Positions 48,681 through 60,720 of a stretch of 64,000 nucleotides of DNA are shown here, piece after piece. Position 1 is the first letter of the stretch. Each line of letters opens with the position of its first letter. The translations under genes were made by a program, and so were the position numbers. Under the pieces are notes generated by a model that was given only the letters and a program-made list of their open reading frames with translations, made no database searches and had not been told where the DNA came from. The stretch comes from Dicyema japonicum (lineage: Eukaryota; Animalia; Dicyemida), in NCBI GenBank assembly GCA_011109175.1, contig RDEW01000015.1:770868-834867 (forward strand), in the 5' to 3' direction.

Positions 48681-49449
48681 TTTTAAGATCCATCTTTGAC
48701 GTTCCAGGACCACTATTCGAAGAAAATTTTGTCCATATAGCTAGAAACATAGCGGTATGAACAACCATATATATCCTACAGGGTCAATTTTTTCAGGCCG
48801 TAATCTCATTCTCGATTCTATTGACCTTTTTCTCACTCTTCAAACCTTTTTAAAAATTTCGGAAGATTGGAAACATTTCTATTATTGAAAATTGTGGTAT
48901 AAAAATAAATTTCAGTTGGCTTATTAAATTAAACCCAGAAAATATAGTGAATATTATTAATTAAAAAAATTATAGAGACATCTACGTAGATTTCTTAATT
49001 CATCAAGTATTTCAGTAACACATTCATATTCCTACATTTAAAAACAAAAAATACCACTAGTAGATCTTGAATCGCGGGGTTTTGCGACGACCTTTCGGCT
49101 AAAAATTATATTGATAACAACCAAATTCAGTTTGAATGTTTTCAGTGATAGACTCACTCGGCGGCGGATCTTCGACTGAGAGTTGGCGAAGATTATCAAT
49201 TAAATTGTTATCATTTTCTTCTAACTGCGATTCGTAAAATTCGATTTTGTTATTAAGATAATTAAATACTTCAATATCTTGCTCTTCCATTTCCTATTTT
49301 TAAATGATTATTTAAAGTATTTGTATTTATAATCAAATTATAAAATTTCATGAATATTAGTCATATTTTTGTGTGAATCTATAAACTTTCCATGAAAAAA
49401 TAGAAATCAACTCATTTTGAATATGTGATATCAAGAATTTAAAAGTTTA

Positions 49450-49965
49450 TTTATTATTATTATTCCCTCAGTGAGTCCAGATCGTCACCAGATGCCAATG
49501 TTTTCTTCACGGCTTTCAGATCGTTTTGTAGAACGACCGGGAGGGTAGTTCTCGGTCTTCCACGAAAGCGTTTTACATTGGAGGAGTAGTAATCTTCCAT
49601 TGCGATATTCGGAGGGGATATCGGGTCCAACCTCAGGACGTGTCCAAAAAGTCTCCAACGAGAGCTAATGATCTCGTGGCTTAATGGTATACAGTCACAC
49701 TTATTGTACAGTCCATTCCGCGAGATCTTGGATGGCCAGGACATTCCAGTTATGTTTCTTAGATGATTCCTGTGAAATGAGTCTAGCCTCTCCAATTCCT
49801 CTTTAGAGGTGGCCCAGGTCCCAGAGTTGTATAGTAGAATTGGTTTGATGAAAGTGTCGTATAACATAATCCTTTCCGTTTTAGCCAAAGATTTTTCAGC
49901 CTTTGTAATGCCGCATTTGCCAATGTTTTTCTCCGTATGATGTCTTCGCTATCTCCGAGTAGAGA
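49450..49965 (-). mobile_element. RTE 3' fragment
   Basis: YDTFIKPILLYNSGTW..SRWRLFGHVLRL..RGRPRTTLP; (TAA)n tail at 49450-49463. Confidence 0.9.
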
Positions 49966-50586
49966 GCCTAAAAGTTTATTTAAGGCTAATAATTATTATT
50001 AAAAAATGGTATGTGCTAGTATATTCGGTAAAATTTCTCATGTTAGAAAGGTTGCCGACCGTCTATTATACCATCTTAGTTATTTTCTCATTCTGATCAT
50101 AAATTGGCTGCAAGCTTCATCAAGTTGTTGTAGATTAAGAATTATTCTTCAAAAGTTTAAATTACGCTTAGTTTCACATGAGCAATACTTTAGCCCCACG
50201 TGGAGGAAAAACACCTATTTGGAGAGTAAAAACAGCTATGCTAACTAATCGTTGAAATGTGGTCGAGACATGTTCCTAACTTGTTTTGATTTTGCATGAG
50301 ACCCTATAGACAATGTGGTCCCACAGTGAGATATCGCTGAAGATAGTGTCATCGTCAAGTCAAGAAGTATGGTAGATCCGTTAAACCTAAGGCCGGAATG
50401 GACAACAGCGATATTCGAAAAGGTAAGCATCCGAATTTTATCCAGCACTCTTTACACTTGTCAAATAATCCAAGATTTTACTAAAAATACTAAATTCGGT
50501 TCATTCAAACAAAAAATAATATTAAATCATAGAATATTCAGAAAAATTAAAATTATTAGGTGAGCGAACCACAAAAATATAAAACG

Positions 50587-51211
50587 TTAATCTATAAATT
50601 TGTCGTCCAATAATTTGAGGAATTTAACTCTGATTTCGTTCGTGTTATCTCCCTTGAAACAATCCTTAACAATAACAGCATCAACTTTCACATTCAGCTA
50701 AAAATAAAAGTAAGACTTACTACTTCGCAGGTACCGCGAATTAAACCACACAATATTTGAAGATAGTTTATATGATTTGGGTTTAGACGTCAAAATGCTG
50801 GAAATGGGATCACTGTCGAACAACACAGAATACTGATCCTTTGTCTCAGACCAGTTAGAAATGTCAGCAGAAATATTAAAATAATATTTTAATAAAATCT
50901 AAAATATCTTTAAAATTTAATACTTTAATAAAACCGTCACCAGTGTCTTTAAAGTCATTACAAACAACGTTTACGTTGTTGGCAACAAAGTCATCGATCA
51001 TCCTCTGTCCCATACTAAATCCCCTAATTTAATGAATAGAAAAAATTACATTTTGTCCAATTGTTTATTCACGTCTTCGTCATTTTTGGAGTCTTTTATC
51101 AATTCAGAGACAAACAATCCATATGTTACGGAAAACAACTCTGAATTCTTACAATTAAACATTTAAAATAATATGTACTGTCTTTGATGTCTTTGCTTTA
51201 TCTTTTGACAT
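50587..51211 (-). CDS. TRAPPC3: TRAPP complex subunit 3 (BET3); missed by the ORF track
   Basis: Spliced translation MSKDKAKTSKT-NSELFSVTYGLFVSELIKDSKNDEDVNKQLDKM-GFSMGQRMIDDFVA..CNDFKDT..ISNWS..(CGLIRGTCEV)-LNVKVDAVIVKDCFKGDNTNEIRVKFLKLLDDKFID*. At least one frameshift near 50740-50800. Confidence 0.9.
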
Positions 51212-52534
51212 GAAGAACCAAAGTAACTGATAATTTAATTAATTTAACGTTTAAATTATTTTATTTATTTAATAAACAAGTATTTAAAATATTTCAATTT
51301 GGAATCATTTAGATATTTTATGTCAGCTGCTTGGCTTAACTGCTTGGTTAGAGGCTGGGATCACCTAATTAGCAAGTTAATTCATTCTTGGTGATCTTGT
51401 GGGTTTAAAAATAGATAAATCGATTGCTGCATTATAGGAGAGTACAGGCTCCATCCCATGTAACACACCAGGGTCTCGATGGAGATTTTTTGGGACATAT
51501 ACTAGAATGGTCCTGGAGGTTTTAGTACATGCTACTGTAGAAGTTTACCCTACGCTCTTCACCATTTGCTTCTGGGGACAATCAGGAATCACTTTTCAAG
51601 AATCAACGTTTGGGAAACGTCTCCAAACAGATGACCTCGATGAACTAGGTGCACGAACATGGAGAAATTGAAGAGACCGACAATGTTGATGATTTTTTAT
51701 TTCGACAAACCTTCACAACCATGGATTCGTGATATGCTTAATGTGAGATCAAAATGCTCTCTAGAATTTGTGATCAGCTCCTTAGGACGGCGTTAATTCC
51801 TTCAGGGTAGGATGGTTTGCATCGCCAGTTTTTGAGACGAAGTTTTCTCTGTTCACTGACCTTAAAGTCAAATACAGTTTTTTCTGACTTTATAGACACA
51901 AAACTGATCAGTTCCATCGGTCAGTAGAAGAAGAAGAGATCCTTCTTTCATAACTGATCCTTGATCGTGGTATAACCGAACTAATAACTACGAAAATCCT
52001 GCTTTTTCGACTCTCATTCACATTTGTCAATACACATTCCCCTTTAAATGCACCTGTCCCTCCTATATCACCAGAATTTATCCCTTATATCACCATGAAC
52101 CTACTTACTTGCTGAGACTCTGATGCAAAACACCCCCTTTGACTGATAGGTCAGGCCGAAAATATGAGGGGGATATAATGATTTAGGATCTGCGTTCTCT
52201 ATGCATTTTGAGCAACCTTAATATCTTCCGAGAACTCTAGCTTAACGAAACGATAAACCTTCACTCCAAACCTATCACTAACATCCATTCTTTTCTCATT
52301 AACTGGTCTGTTAAATGCCATGAGTGAACTCAACCCGATATTTCTGGTAATCAAGACAAGATCACGTTTGAAAAGAAATTTGGTTCGAGGACTAAACTAC
52401 TGATTATAGAAGGAAATGTTCTGAAAGAAAAAATCCGCTATCAAGTGCTGACAAACAAGAATACGAGCTCTTAATAAGGAAATTTACAAACATATCAAAA
52501 ATATGATCAAATGATCTCATGAAACTGTCTTGGG

Positions 52535-52680
52535 ACGAGTAGCGGTGTCATCAGTTAACATCTCACTGCGGAACCAAATTGTCTATAAAAGGACTCACAT
52601 GTAATTAAAAAAGAAGTGAAGAGCATTCCTTAGTTATTATAATTGTTCTTAACTTACTCGGTGTCCCGACGCTCGTTACT
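52535..52680 (+). mobile_element. SINE family 2 fragment
   Basis: GACGAG...GTCATCAGTT...CTCACTGCGGAACC...AAAGGACTCAC...AAAAAAGAAGTGAAG. Confidence 0.7.
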
Positions 52681-54044
52681 CATCTTTGTTATCATAGATC
52701 CATACGATCTTAGATAATAGACCGTCTTGGGCACAAATAATCTAAATTGATTAAACAACAATAATTATCTGTACTTGATTATTGGACAGAAATAATTCTA
52801 CTGTCGCCACAGAGTAATGTGCACTTTCAAATTTTTCCGGTCTTAACACTGGATTGGCGCCGTAGTCTTTTTTAACTTTAATCTTAAGATTTAAGAATAA
52901 AAAAATGATCCTTTTTCGTTAGAGCACGATTGTAATTATAAACGGTTTCGTCGACGACATTCACACATTTTTTAGAATCTTTCCTTAATTCCGCTAAAAC
53001 TATTAAAAATAACAGAATTATGTATTCGTTAAGAGGTTTAGTTGCATACATTCCACTTCTGAAAAAGTCTGTTTAGGTTGACGAAACTTATATTCGTGAA
53101 GAGAAGTATGTTCATACACTTATCGAGAGTATCTATGGCTTTCCTAAAGTATTTTTAATGCTGTGTCATCATTTTATTCCACGTCTAACTCATCTCCACT
53201 CTTGTTGTGACTTTATTGTTAGACGCCAGTTTGCTTCACTTGAAAGGACTGGAAGTAAATAATTATGATATTGGAAAAATTTCAACATTTGGCGAATTAA
53301 TAAAATTCCTTATTCTTATTAACGATTTGGTAATTCCAAGCAAACGTGCTGTACAGCTGACACACCTAGACATCTCTTTCAGTTTTCTCAGCCTAATTCT
53401 TGACACATGCTTAAACGTTTTATATGATCTACCGGGGGCTATAACCAGACCATGATTAACATTAATAACCAATAAAATTGAGAACTCAAAAACAGTTAAT
53501 TATAAATGAAATAATAGGATTCTTGTAAAAACGATACCCAGCGTATATTTCCAAACTTTTCTTCTGATTCTTTCCACTCGTTCACGTTTTTTATTTCTTT
53601 ACGAGCTGGTTCGTTGATTCCAATGAGAAATATATTTTATGTGGATACATGCTAACCGGGGCATTCACTTTCCGGTATCTCTGATGTTCAAAGATGTCTC
53701 AGGATCAATGAGCTTTGGTGATAGTAATTGATTCTCTGTTTGAGATAAACAAATTGTAGATTTCATCTTTGAACACAAGACCAATAAATGGAACGATTTC
53801 ATCACTTCTCTTCAGTACCCGTAATTTTCGGAAACCTTCAAAAATGTTCACTTCAGACAACTAATCTCTCTGATCTCATGCAACCGGTATCATTAAAAAA
53901 TATGTGCTTTCTCTGAGACCACGACAATTTACCGTGTATCATAGCCGTTCAGCCTGGCATCTGATGAATGGCAGCTAGCCGTTTTGAGGCATGTATTCTC
54001 GCATCCCTAGTGCTCTCAAGGTGCTCCCTCTCTTTTCATAGACA

Positions 54045-54950
54045 TGTTATGTTATGTTATCCAAATTAAGTCCTATCCGACCGTTGAGATCTCATGAGCC
54101 AATTTTCTCCACTCTCCCCGATCCGTCGCAATTTGGAGTAGCCTTGATATAGGTCCCGTGATGTTTCTACCGTGGATAGCCACTGAGGTCCTCGACCAGG
54201 TCTTCTCTTTCAGTAATATTGCTCAGCATAATGGTTCTTTCCAGGTAATCAGAGCGGACAACATGCCCAAAGAACGGCAATCTGTGTTTTCAAGATTCTT
54301 CCTTTTAGCGAAATGTCCGTCTCCACCCGTTTGAGTATATCGGTGTTTGTTATTTTGGAAGTCCAAAGGATTCTTAGTAAACTACTCCAGCACCAAAGTT
54401 CAAAAGCATCAATTTTCGCCAATTCGCCTTTTCCAGTATCCATGATTCTGCGCCGTATAGAAAAACCGGGAACATGGTTGCATTAACCAATCTGCATTTG
54501 GTCCTTAAGCAAATATCTTTGCTTTTCCAATTTTATTATTCTCAGGAAGGCGCCCATGGCAACTGTATCAATACTGTGTCAAATAACGGGATGAAAATTG
54601 GAGGCAGAAACATCAATAATTTGCGCTATGCTGGCGATGCAACTTTACTGGCTGAAACAGAGGATGGCCTCAGGGAGTTGATTCTAACATTCAGAGAAGA
54701 GAGCGCCGTCTTTGGTTTATTGCCAAATATCAAGACCAATATTATGACGACTGCTAATAATGAAATAATGGGGCTAAAAATTGGGTATGAGAAAATAGAG
54801 AGTTACGATAATGTTGTCTTTCTGGGATGTCTAATTAATCGGAATGGTGACGAGGCTTGGAAATCAAGAAGGGAATTGCCATGGAACGAGGCGCCTTCCT
54901 GAGAATGAATAGAATTTCATAGACATACTTGACTGTTATTTTGAAAACAC
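54045..54950. mobile_element. BovB-like RTE pieces in opposite orientations (54045-54540 on -, 54545-54950 on +)
   Basis: Plus strand: INNLRYAGDATLLAE..FLGCLI. Minus strand: WKSKDI..IDAFELWCW.. ending in a (TAACA)n tail near 54045-54060. Confidence 0.75.
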
Positions 54951-55159
54951 GTCTCAAACGTAATCGAAAAAGCTCAACTTATCCTAACCGTAGCAAGTAG
55001 ACCTGTTGTAAAACGCGTGGAGAACTTTAGGACTATCCACTAACAGTTTATCTGGAAAACATTGAATTAAGTCGTATCTACATGGGGTTCGTACGTATCA
55101 ATGTACAAGCTCTAAACATTACAGAAACCCTGAGATCAATTACAGATATTTAAAAATCA

Positions 55160-55980
55160 TTTCAACCGACAACCTTATTGAGAGTCGAAAATTCTCCAAT
55201 TCAATGGCGGCTGTGAAGCTGGGATCCACGCAGTGAGAGAATTTGCGTCACAATCAGCTGAATTGAATGTTGAGGACAGAGTTTTATTCAAATTGGACCT
55301 CCGGAATGCCTTCAATTCAGTCAGAAGGGACACCGTCCTTGATACCTGTAAGAGGAGGATTCCTCAGATTTATCCCTTTGTATATCTCGCGTATTCGGAT
55401 CCTTCCCCTCTTGTTTTTGGCAGTGGAATTATTTCGTCCGGATCCTGAGTTCAAAAGGGGGACCCACTCGGTCCTCTTCTATTTTCCTTTCTATCGACCA
55501 TATTGCCCAGGACCGTTGCACTCCACTAAACGTCTGGTATCTGGACGATTGTATTCTCGGTGGAAGTCCCGATGATATTCTCACCAAAGTTGCATCGATC
55601 AGACGTTTGTGTGGAAAAATCAGTCTGGAATTTAACAATGGAAAGTGCGAAGCAATTAATCTGAATTTGAGTTCCGATTCATTCTACCTTTTTCATAGAA
55701 AACTCTGCGATATCATCCCAGGGGTTAGGGAGACTCATATTGATTCTCTCGACTTCCTTGGGTGTGGGATTTTGGTAAACCGGGTGTAAGTAAACAAAGA
55801 AATGTAAGTAAACAAAAATAAATCAATTTGTTAAGGAAAAAAGTGAGCAAATGGTCATATAGCGGCTGCCCTGACTGCGTGGCTATTCCCTCTCAAATGG
55901 CGAGCGAACTCACTCAAATTACCAGCAGCGCTCATGGGATCTCCTGATCGTGTAGAAACCCGATTCTCTAGACGACTCGA
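55160..55980. mobile_element. CRE fragments: RT on + (55160-55790) and 3' end on - (55860-55980)
   Basis: GGCEAGIHAVREF..FKLDLRNAFNSV..VWYLDDCILGG. The reverse complement of 55860-55980 matches 5085-5185. Confidence 0.8.
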
Positions 55981-56149
55981 AAATAGAAAATTTAAAGCGC
56001 AAGGGAACCACAAAATAGATTTTAAAATTAACAGAGAAAATTTCTAGATCATATTAGTAATAAAAAATCAAAAAAAATTACAGTGAAAACTATATCAAAA
56101 ATACAGAATTTTATTTAAGAACGCAATTTCTTAAAACTAACAAAATATT

Positions 56150-59100
56150 TTATAAATCCATCAAATTGCACAAATTTAGGAAAGAAAGCTGTCTCACCGA
56201 GTTAAAACCCAATTCTGAACTCGACATAAGTCAGTCCTAAAATAATCCTATTACTGACCATTCCAATAATCATGGGATATCAGGATAGTATGCTTCTCAC
56301 AAGACAAAATAAAACTCGCCTTGCTCACATCACCTTATCCACCAAAATTTAATCTCTCAATTTTTTTGCTATGTGCCAAGGAATTAACATCAATGAGATG
56401 ATAGGCAGTACTATGTTCTGGGTACAGAATCTGGATGAATTTTAAAGCAACCTGAACAACAACATAATATTTATCCATTTTAATATTTCTCATTTCAAGA
56501 TTTAGCACTACTTTTGATGAAAATAATGCCGGGAAAACGTGAGGTTTCGACTCCAGCCGTTCAACAGTCGGTGAAATCTTCAGAGTCACTTCTTCAGTTT
56601 CGAACAGGAATATATAGAAAACTTACTAAATGGCAGAAAGGGGAGGAAGGAGTCGTCCCTCAAAGCAGAGATGCAGCGATTAATAATAACATCGGGCGTG
56701 GAATTCATAATAATTCGTCTCAACTCAATAAGAAACACTGAATCGTTTAAATCGCTAAAATAAAAATATCAAAAACCAAATTTCGAGGAGTTCCATAAAA
56801 ATTGGTTTAAATTTTGTATCCCCCACACCAAGGTTCTGCTGAGTCTGGCAGAAGTTGACTAAATTAATAATCCACAGTCTTGTGCGCATAAAGCAGCAAA
56901 ATGTGTCCGTATTTTCCGCAAAATTGACAAATTTATGGATCAGATCAAATACCAGGAGGTTAATCTAACATTTCTAGTAAACAAACTTTTTCCAACTGAA
57001 ATTTGCATCGTTGGAATTTAATTGTATTTCTTAACGGAAAACTCGGGCAAAATGTCCAAATAAAACGACGAATCAAAACTTCAGTTTCAACAAAAATCGC
57101 GGAAAATTTCATAAATGGTTTAAATTTCTCATTTCTATCGGCTGCTAGTTTTAAATTTTCAATGTAATGGTCGATTTCAGGATTTTCGATGCTCTTTTTC
57201 CAATCAATGGACCTTAGAAGGTTCACAGAAGCGATGAAAATATCCTTAACATAATCTACTGTGGTTTTGAGCGAATTGAACGATTTAACGTCCAAGATAG
57301 GATCATCCACATGGAATTGGTTTATCTACCGAATACTAAATAAGGCTAACGTGTGGAGTTAAGTGGGGGACAAGGCTGCAAAGGTAGAAATAGTGGGACT
57401 TCATATAAGGCGGAAAAACGTTGAAAATAAGACTATTCTGTTTTGCAGCGTTTATCATCAATAACAGATTAGCTATATCTGCTAGTAAACAAATCATAAC
57501 AACATGCATTGTCGTTAATATGAGGTTCCACCGGGTCCAAGTCAGGGTCTATGTTGAGTAGGTCATATATGATCACATTAACAAAATTGGCATTCAGAGA
57601 GCCAAGTTGGGTCATTATTCTAAAAATAAAATAACCAATAAAATTATTCATAATAACTAAATAATTAAAATTTATTTTTAATAAAATAAATAATTAAAAG
57701 TACAAAATAATAGCTAAAATTTTCTCAGTTTCTACGACCTTGGGTACTAAATACATTTAATTAGTTGTTAGGCAAATCTGGGGTTAAATTTAATTATCTT
57801 TCATGAGAATTTATTCAAAAGTTAATTAATAAAATATTGAAAAATTAAAAATTATTCAAAAATAAATAAAATAAATTAATAGCAATAAATTTTAAAACGC
57901 TTACCGCCAAATTGAGAAATAATCTTCAGGGTAAAGTTCAAGATTGTATATTATGTAATTAAGAGCCTTTTGGAAGGACTCTGAGGATTCGAATGAAAAT
58001 AAAGGAATAATGTCGTGAAATGAATGCCTAATTTGCTCATCCATATCCTATAATAAAGAACAAATAAAATACGTGAAGTATGTCAAACATAATCTCAACT
58101 TGGTCAACTCTCAATAAATACGAGGATATGGAGGTTCGGAGACATTCAATAGTAGCCATGCGGACTTCGCAAATGTCATCACTGAGCAAGTCGATTATAT
58201 AGCCCATCGAAATGTCGCGAAAACGTGAATATTTTTCAGCAAACTTTCCAATCGATCTAACACATGCAATTCGGACGGCTGAAAATATCAAATACCTAAA
58301 ACCGGAAAATTCATCTTCTAACGCCTCAAGGAATACTCCCATAGCTCCCAATCCTGTGAGGCGTATTTCGTCAGGATCAATATCTTCCAAACCAAAGACA
58401 GAAGACCCAGTCGTCCACTTTTGCCCTGCAGACCACTGGCCAGAACGATAAAGATTTTTTTGTTTTTCCGAGAAACCCACAACTTTCTAAATTTTAATTT
58501 AAATATATTTATTATTTCAAAAATACTTAAATTTAAATAAAAATAATAATAAAATTATATGATTTTTGTGTAAAATTTATATTTAAAAAAGGAAATAAAC
58601 TTTTAAATCAGATATGACTTGTCTGTCGAATGTGCTAAGAAGCACGTGCTCTGAAACTCCTTCAAGAAGAGACTAAGCCTTATAAAACATCCTACAATGT
58701 TTTTCATAGCCTCAATTCGAACCGTTAAAGTTGAATCTCTGATCATTTCGGAGATTTTGTCGAAAGTTTCCCTCGAGTGAGATTCGTGGTAGTTACTATG
58801 AGCAACCAACAAACGGATTGAGATCATTCTAACGTCGTCAATTGGATCGTTTAGTATTTTATCAAACATTGAGCTTATATTGGGAAGCTTCACTCGGCAG
58901 TTTGAATAAATTGTGGCCTACAAATTAGTCCTCCTCAAGTCATACAAGGGATTCGATCGTGACGGAGCGGACTCGAGAGTCGAAATCCTAGGAACATTCG
59001 AGAATTTTGTTAAAAATTGGCTCGTATTCGCCATATAAATGGACCATAAATTGGGTGAGGAATTTAATCGAGGAAATCTTTCGAATGCAATTCTTGTCTA

Positions 59101-59334
59101 AAATAAACTGTTTCATTAATCTTTAGAGGCAATACTCTATAAATAGTTGATATAAAATCCCGTACTTTACATTCGTTTGACTGCGTGTTTAGTAGCTCTA
59201 ATATATTTGCTGAATTTGATAAAGGTTCAGTACCTTTTAGATAAAATAAAATTCTTACAAATTTCGCTAATAATTGATGAAAAGAATGGCGATTTCGGAA
59301 ACCACTTGATATCCTCACTAGAATCTACTGTCAT
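56150..59334 (-). CDS. INTS4: Integrator complex subunit 4 (HEAT repeats); many short introns; 3' end approximate
   Basis: LYRSGQWSAGQKW..GAMGVFLEALEDEF..VRIACV..LLSDDICEVRM..LRVDQVE and LGSLNANFV..LLNIDP....EPHINDN match INTS4 LYSSGEFSSGRKW..GACGAFVHGLEDEM..FNDEIEEVRL..LREDQLD..EPDMDD. Confidence 0.85.
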
Positions 59335-59444
59335 TCAAATTATTTAACAATTTTTAAATTTTTTATTAATGTTAGTTGATAATTAGAATGAAATAAACTT
59401 TATAAAATAAAAATAATTTTAAGATTATAAATATTCACCTCTCG

Positions 59445-59945
59445 GTGCTAGTCAAGCACAATAAACCGGACATTGTGGTACACGATAAGGAGTCTGGCCA
59501 AGTCCTTATCATAGAGGTTGGCATCACGTCTCAAGACCGTTTGCAGACTGTGGAGGTGGAGAAAAAAAGGAAGTATGACTTTCTTGCAAACGAGATGGGG
59601 CAGATGCTTGGTTGCAAGGTCCTCGTTATTCCTATAGTAATGACGTGGGAAGGAATTGCAACAAAGTACCACAAGGGTTATCTGAAGCAGTTGGGGGTAG
59701 ATAGGAAGCTCCAGGCCTATCTACAGTCCACTGTGTTAAAGCGGACCCTAGAGAGCCTGACACTGGAGTATAGGAGGCAGAGCCCTGAGATGCCATATGG
59801 GCAGAGGGTTCAATTGGACAAGGCGCTCTCGGAGTTGTTTCAGCAACCAGAATCGAACCTGCCTGAGGAGGCTGGCGAACAGGCAGGCGAGGAAGGTTGT
59901 TGATTATTAAATATATTAACATTTTTATTGTTGGTTAAATAAAGT
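59445..59945 (+). mobile_element. R4-like element 3' fragment with an intact REL ORF
   Basis: HNKPDIVVHDK..IIEVGITSQDRLQTVEVEKKRKYDFLANEMG; near-identical inverted copy at 30868-31320. Confidence 0.9.
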
Positions 59946-59959
59946 AAATATTCACCTTA

Positions 59960-60100
59960 TACAGGTTTCCCCTCTGTGGAGATTAATCCAGGACTCCAAA
60001 ACTAACCGAAGGAAAAGGACTGGTATGGACACCAGGATCACTTAATTAAACGATAACTTTTATCCTCTTTCTCGTGATTTTTGGGTTAAAATAAAATAAA
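59960..60100 (+). mobile_element. Isolated LINE 3' end
   Basis: GGATCACTTAATT...ACTTTTATCCTCTTTCTCGTGATTTTTGGGTTAAAATAAAAT resembles the 13480-13545 tail and the family B tail. Confidence 0.65.
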
Positions 60101-60604
60101 TGAATAAAATACAGGTTTCAAGATGTCACTGACCTCCTAACGCTCTAGTTAGTGCTGTATCTCGTATCGCGTCTGTTAAAACCGATACCTACTTGGTCGA
60201 AGGATTCCTTTCTGTTTTTTCTCTTCTTCAATTCATACGAGACGTTGTGGATTCCATCAAAGAAGAAGGATAGAATCCCACAACTGGTCTAACCTAAATT
60301 CGTTAGCACGTGGTGATGTATTAGATTTTGTAGTGCTTTACATTATAATGAGCTCAATTTTTCAATAGATTTTGGGTTACCGATAAGAGATATAATATTC
60401 TTTGTTAATAACCCACTTTCCCTCATACAGAACCTGTTAAAACTCATGGAAATTATCCAAGAGTCCTTAGAGTGTGAATCCAGATAACTATTATGGTTAT
60501 CAAAGAGCCATTGAACCTAAAAAGTGTAACAAGAAAAAAAAGTTTAAGTTTTACGATAATAATTTCCCCTTTGGAGAGGAATAGTATTATTTCAATGAAT
60601 AAAC

Positions 60605-60720
60605 CTACACCTCGGTAGGACAAACACTTTATACTAATTGCGAGTATAATCCGGTTCCCCAGTGAGGTATCACTGATGAGAACTTAGCTCGTCAAGCCTG
60701 AAGCACCTTCAGTCAGAATG
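60605..60720 (-). mobile_element. SINE family 2 fragment
   Basis: TTGACGAG...TCATCAGTGATACCTCACTGGGGAACCGG on the minus strand. Confidence 0.6.

Noticed and set aside
48950-49330. Small acidic ORF (MEEQDIE..PPPSES) with plausible micro-introns
   Set aside because: No homology recognised. It cannot be supported without expression data.
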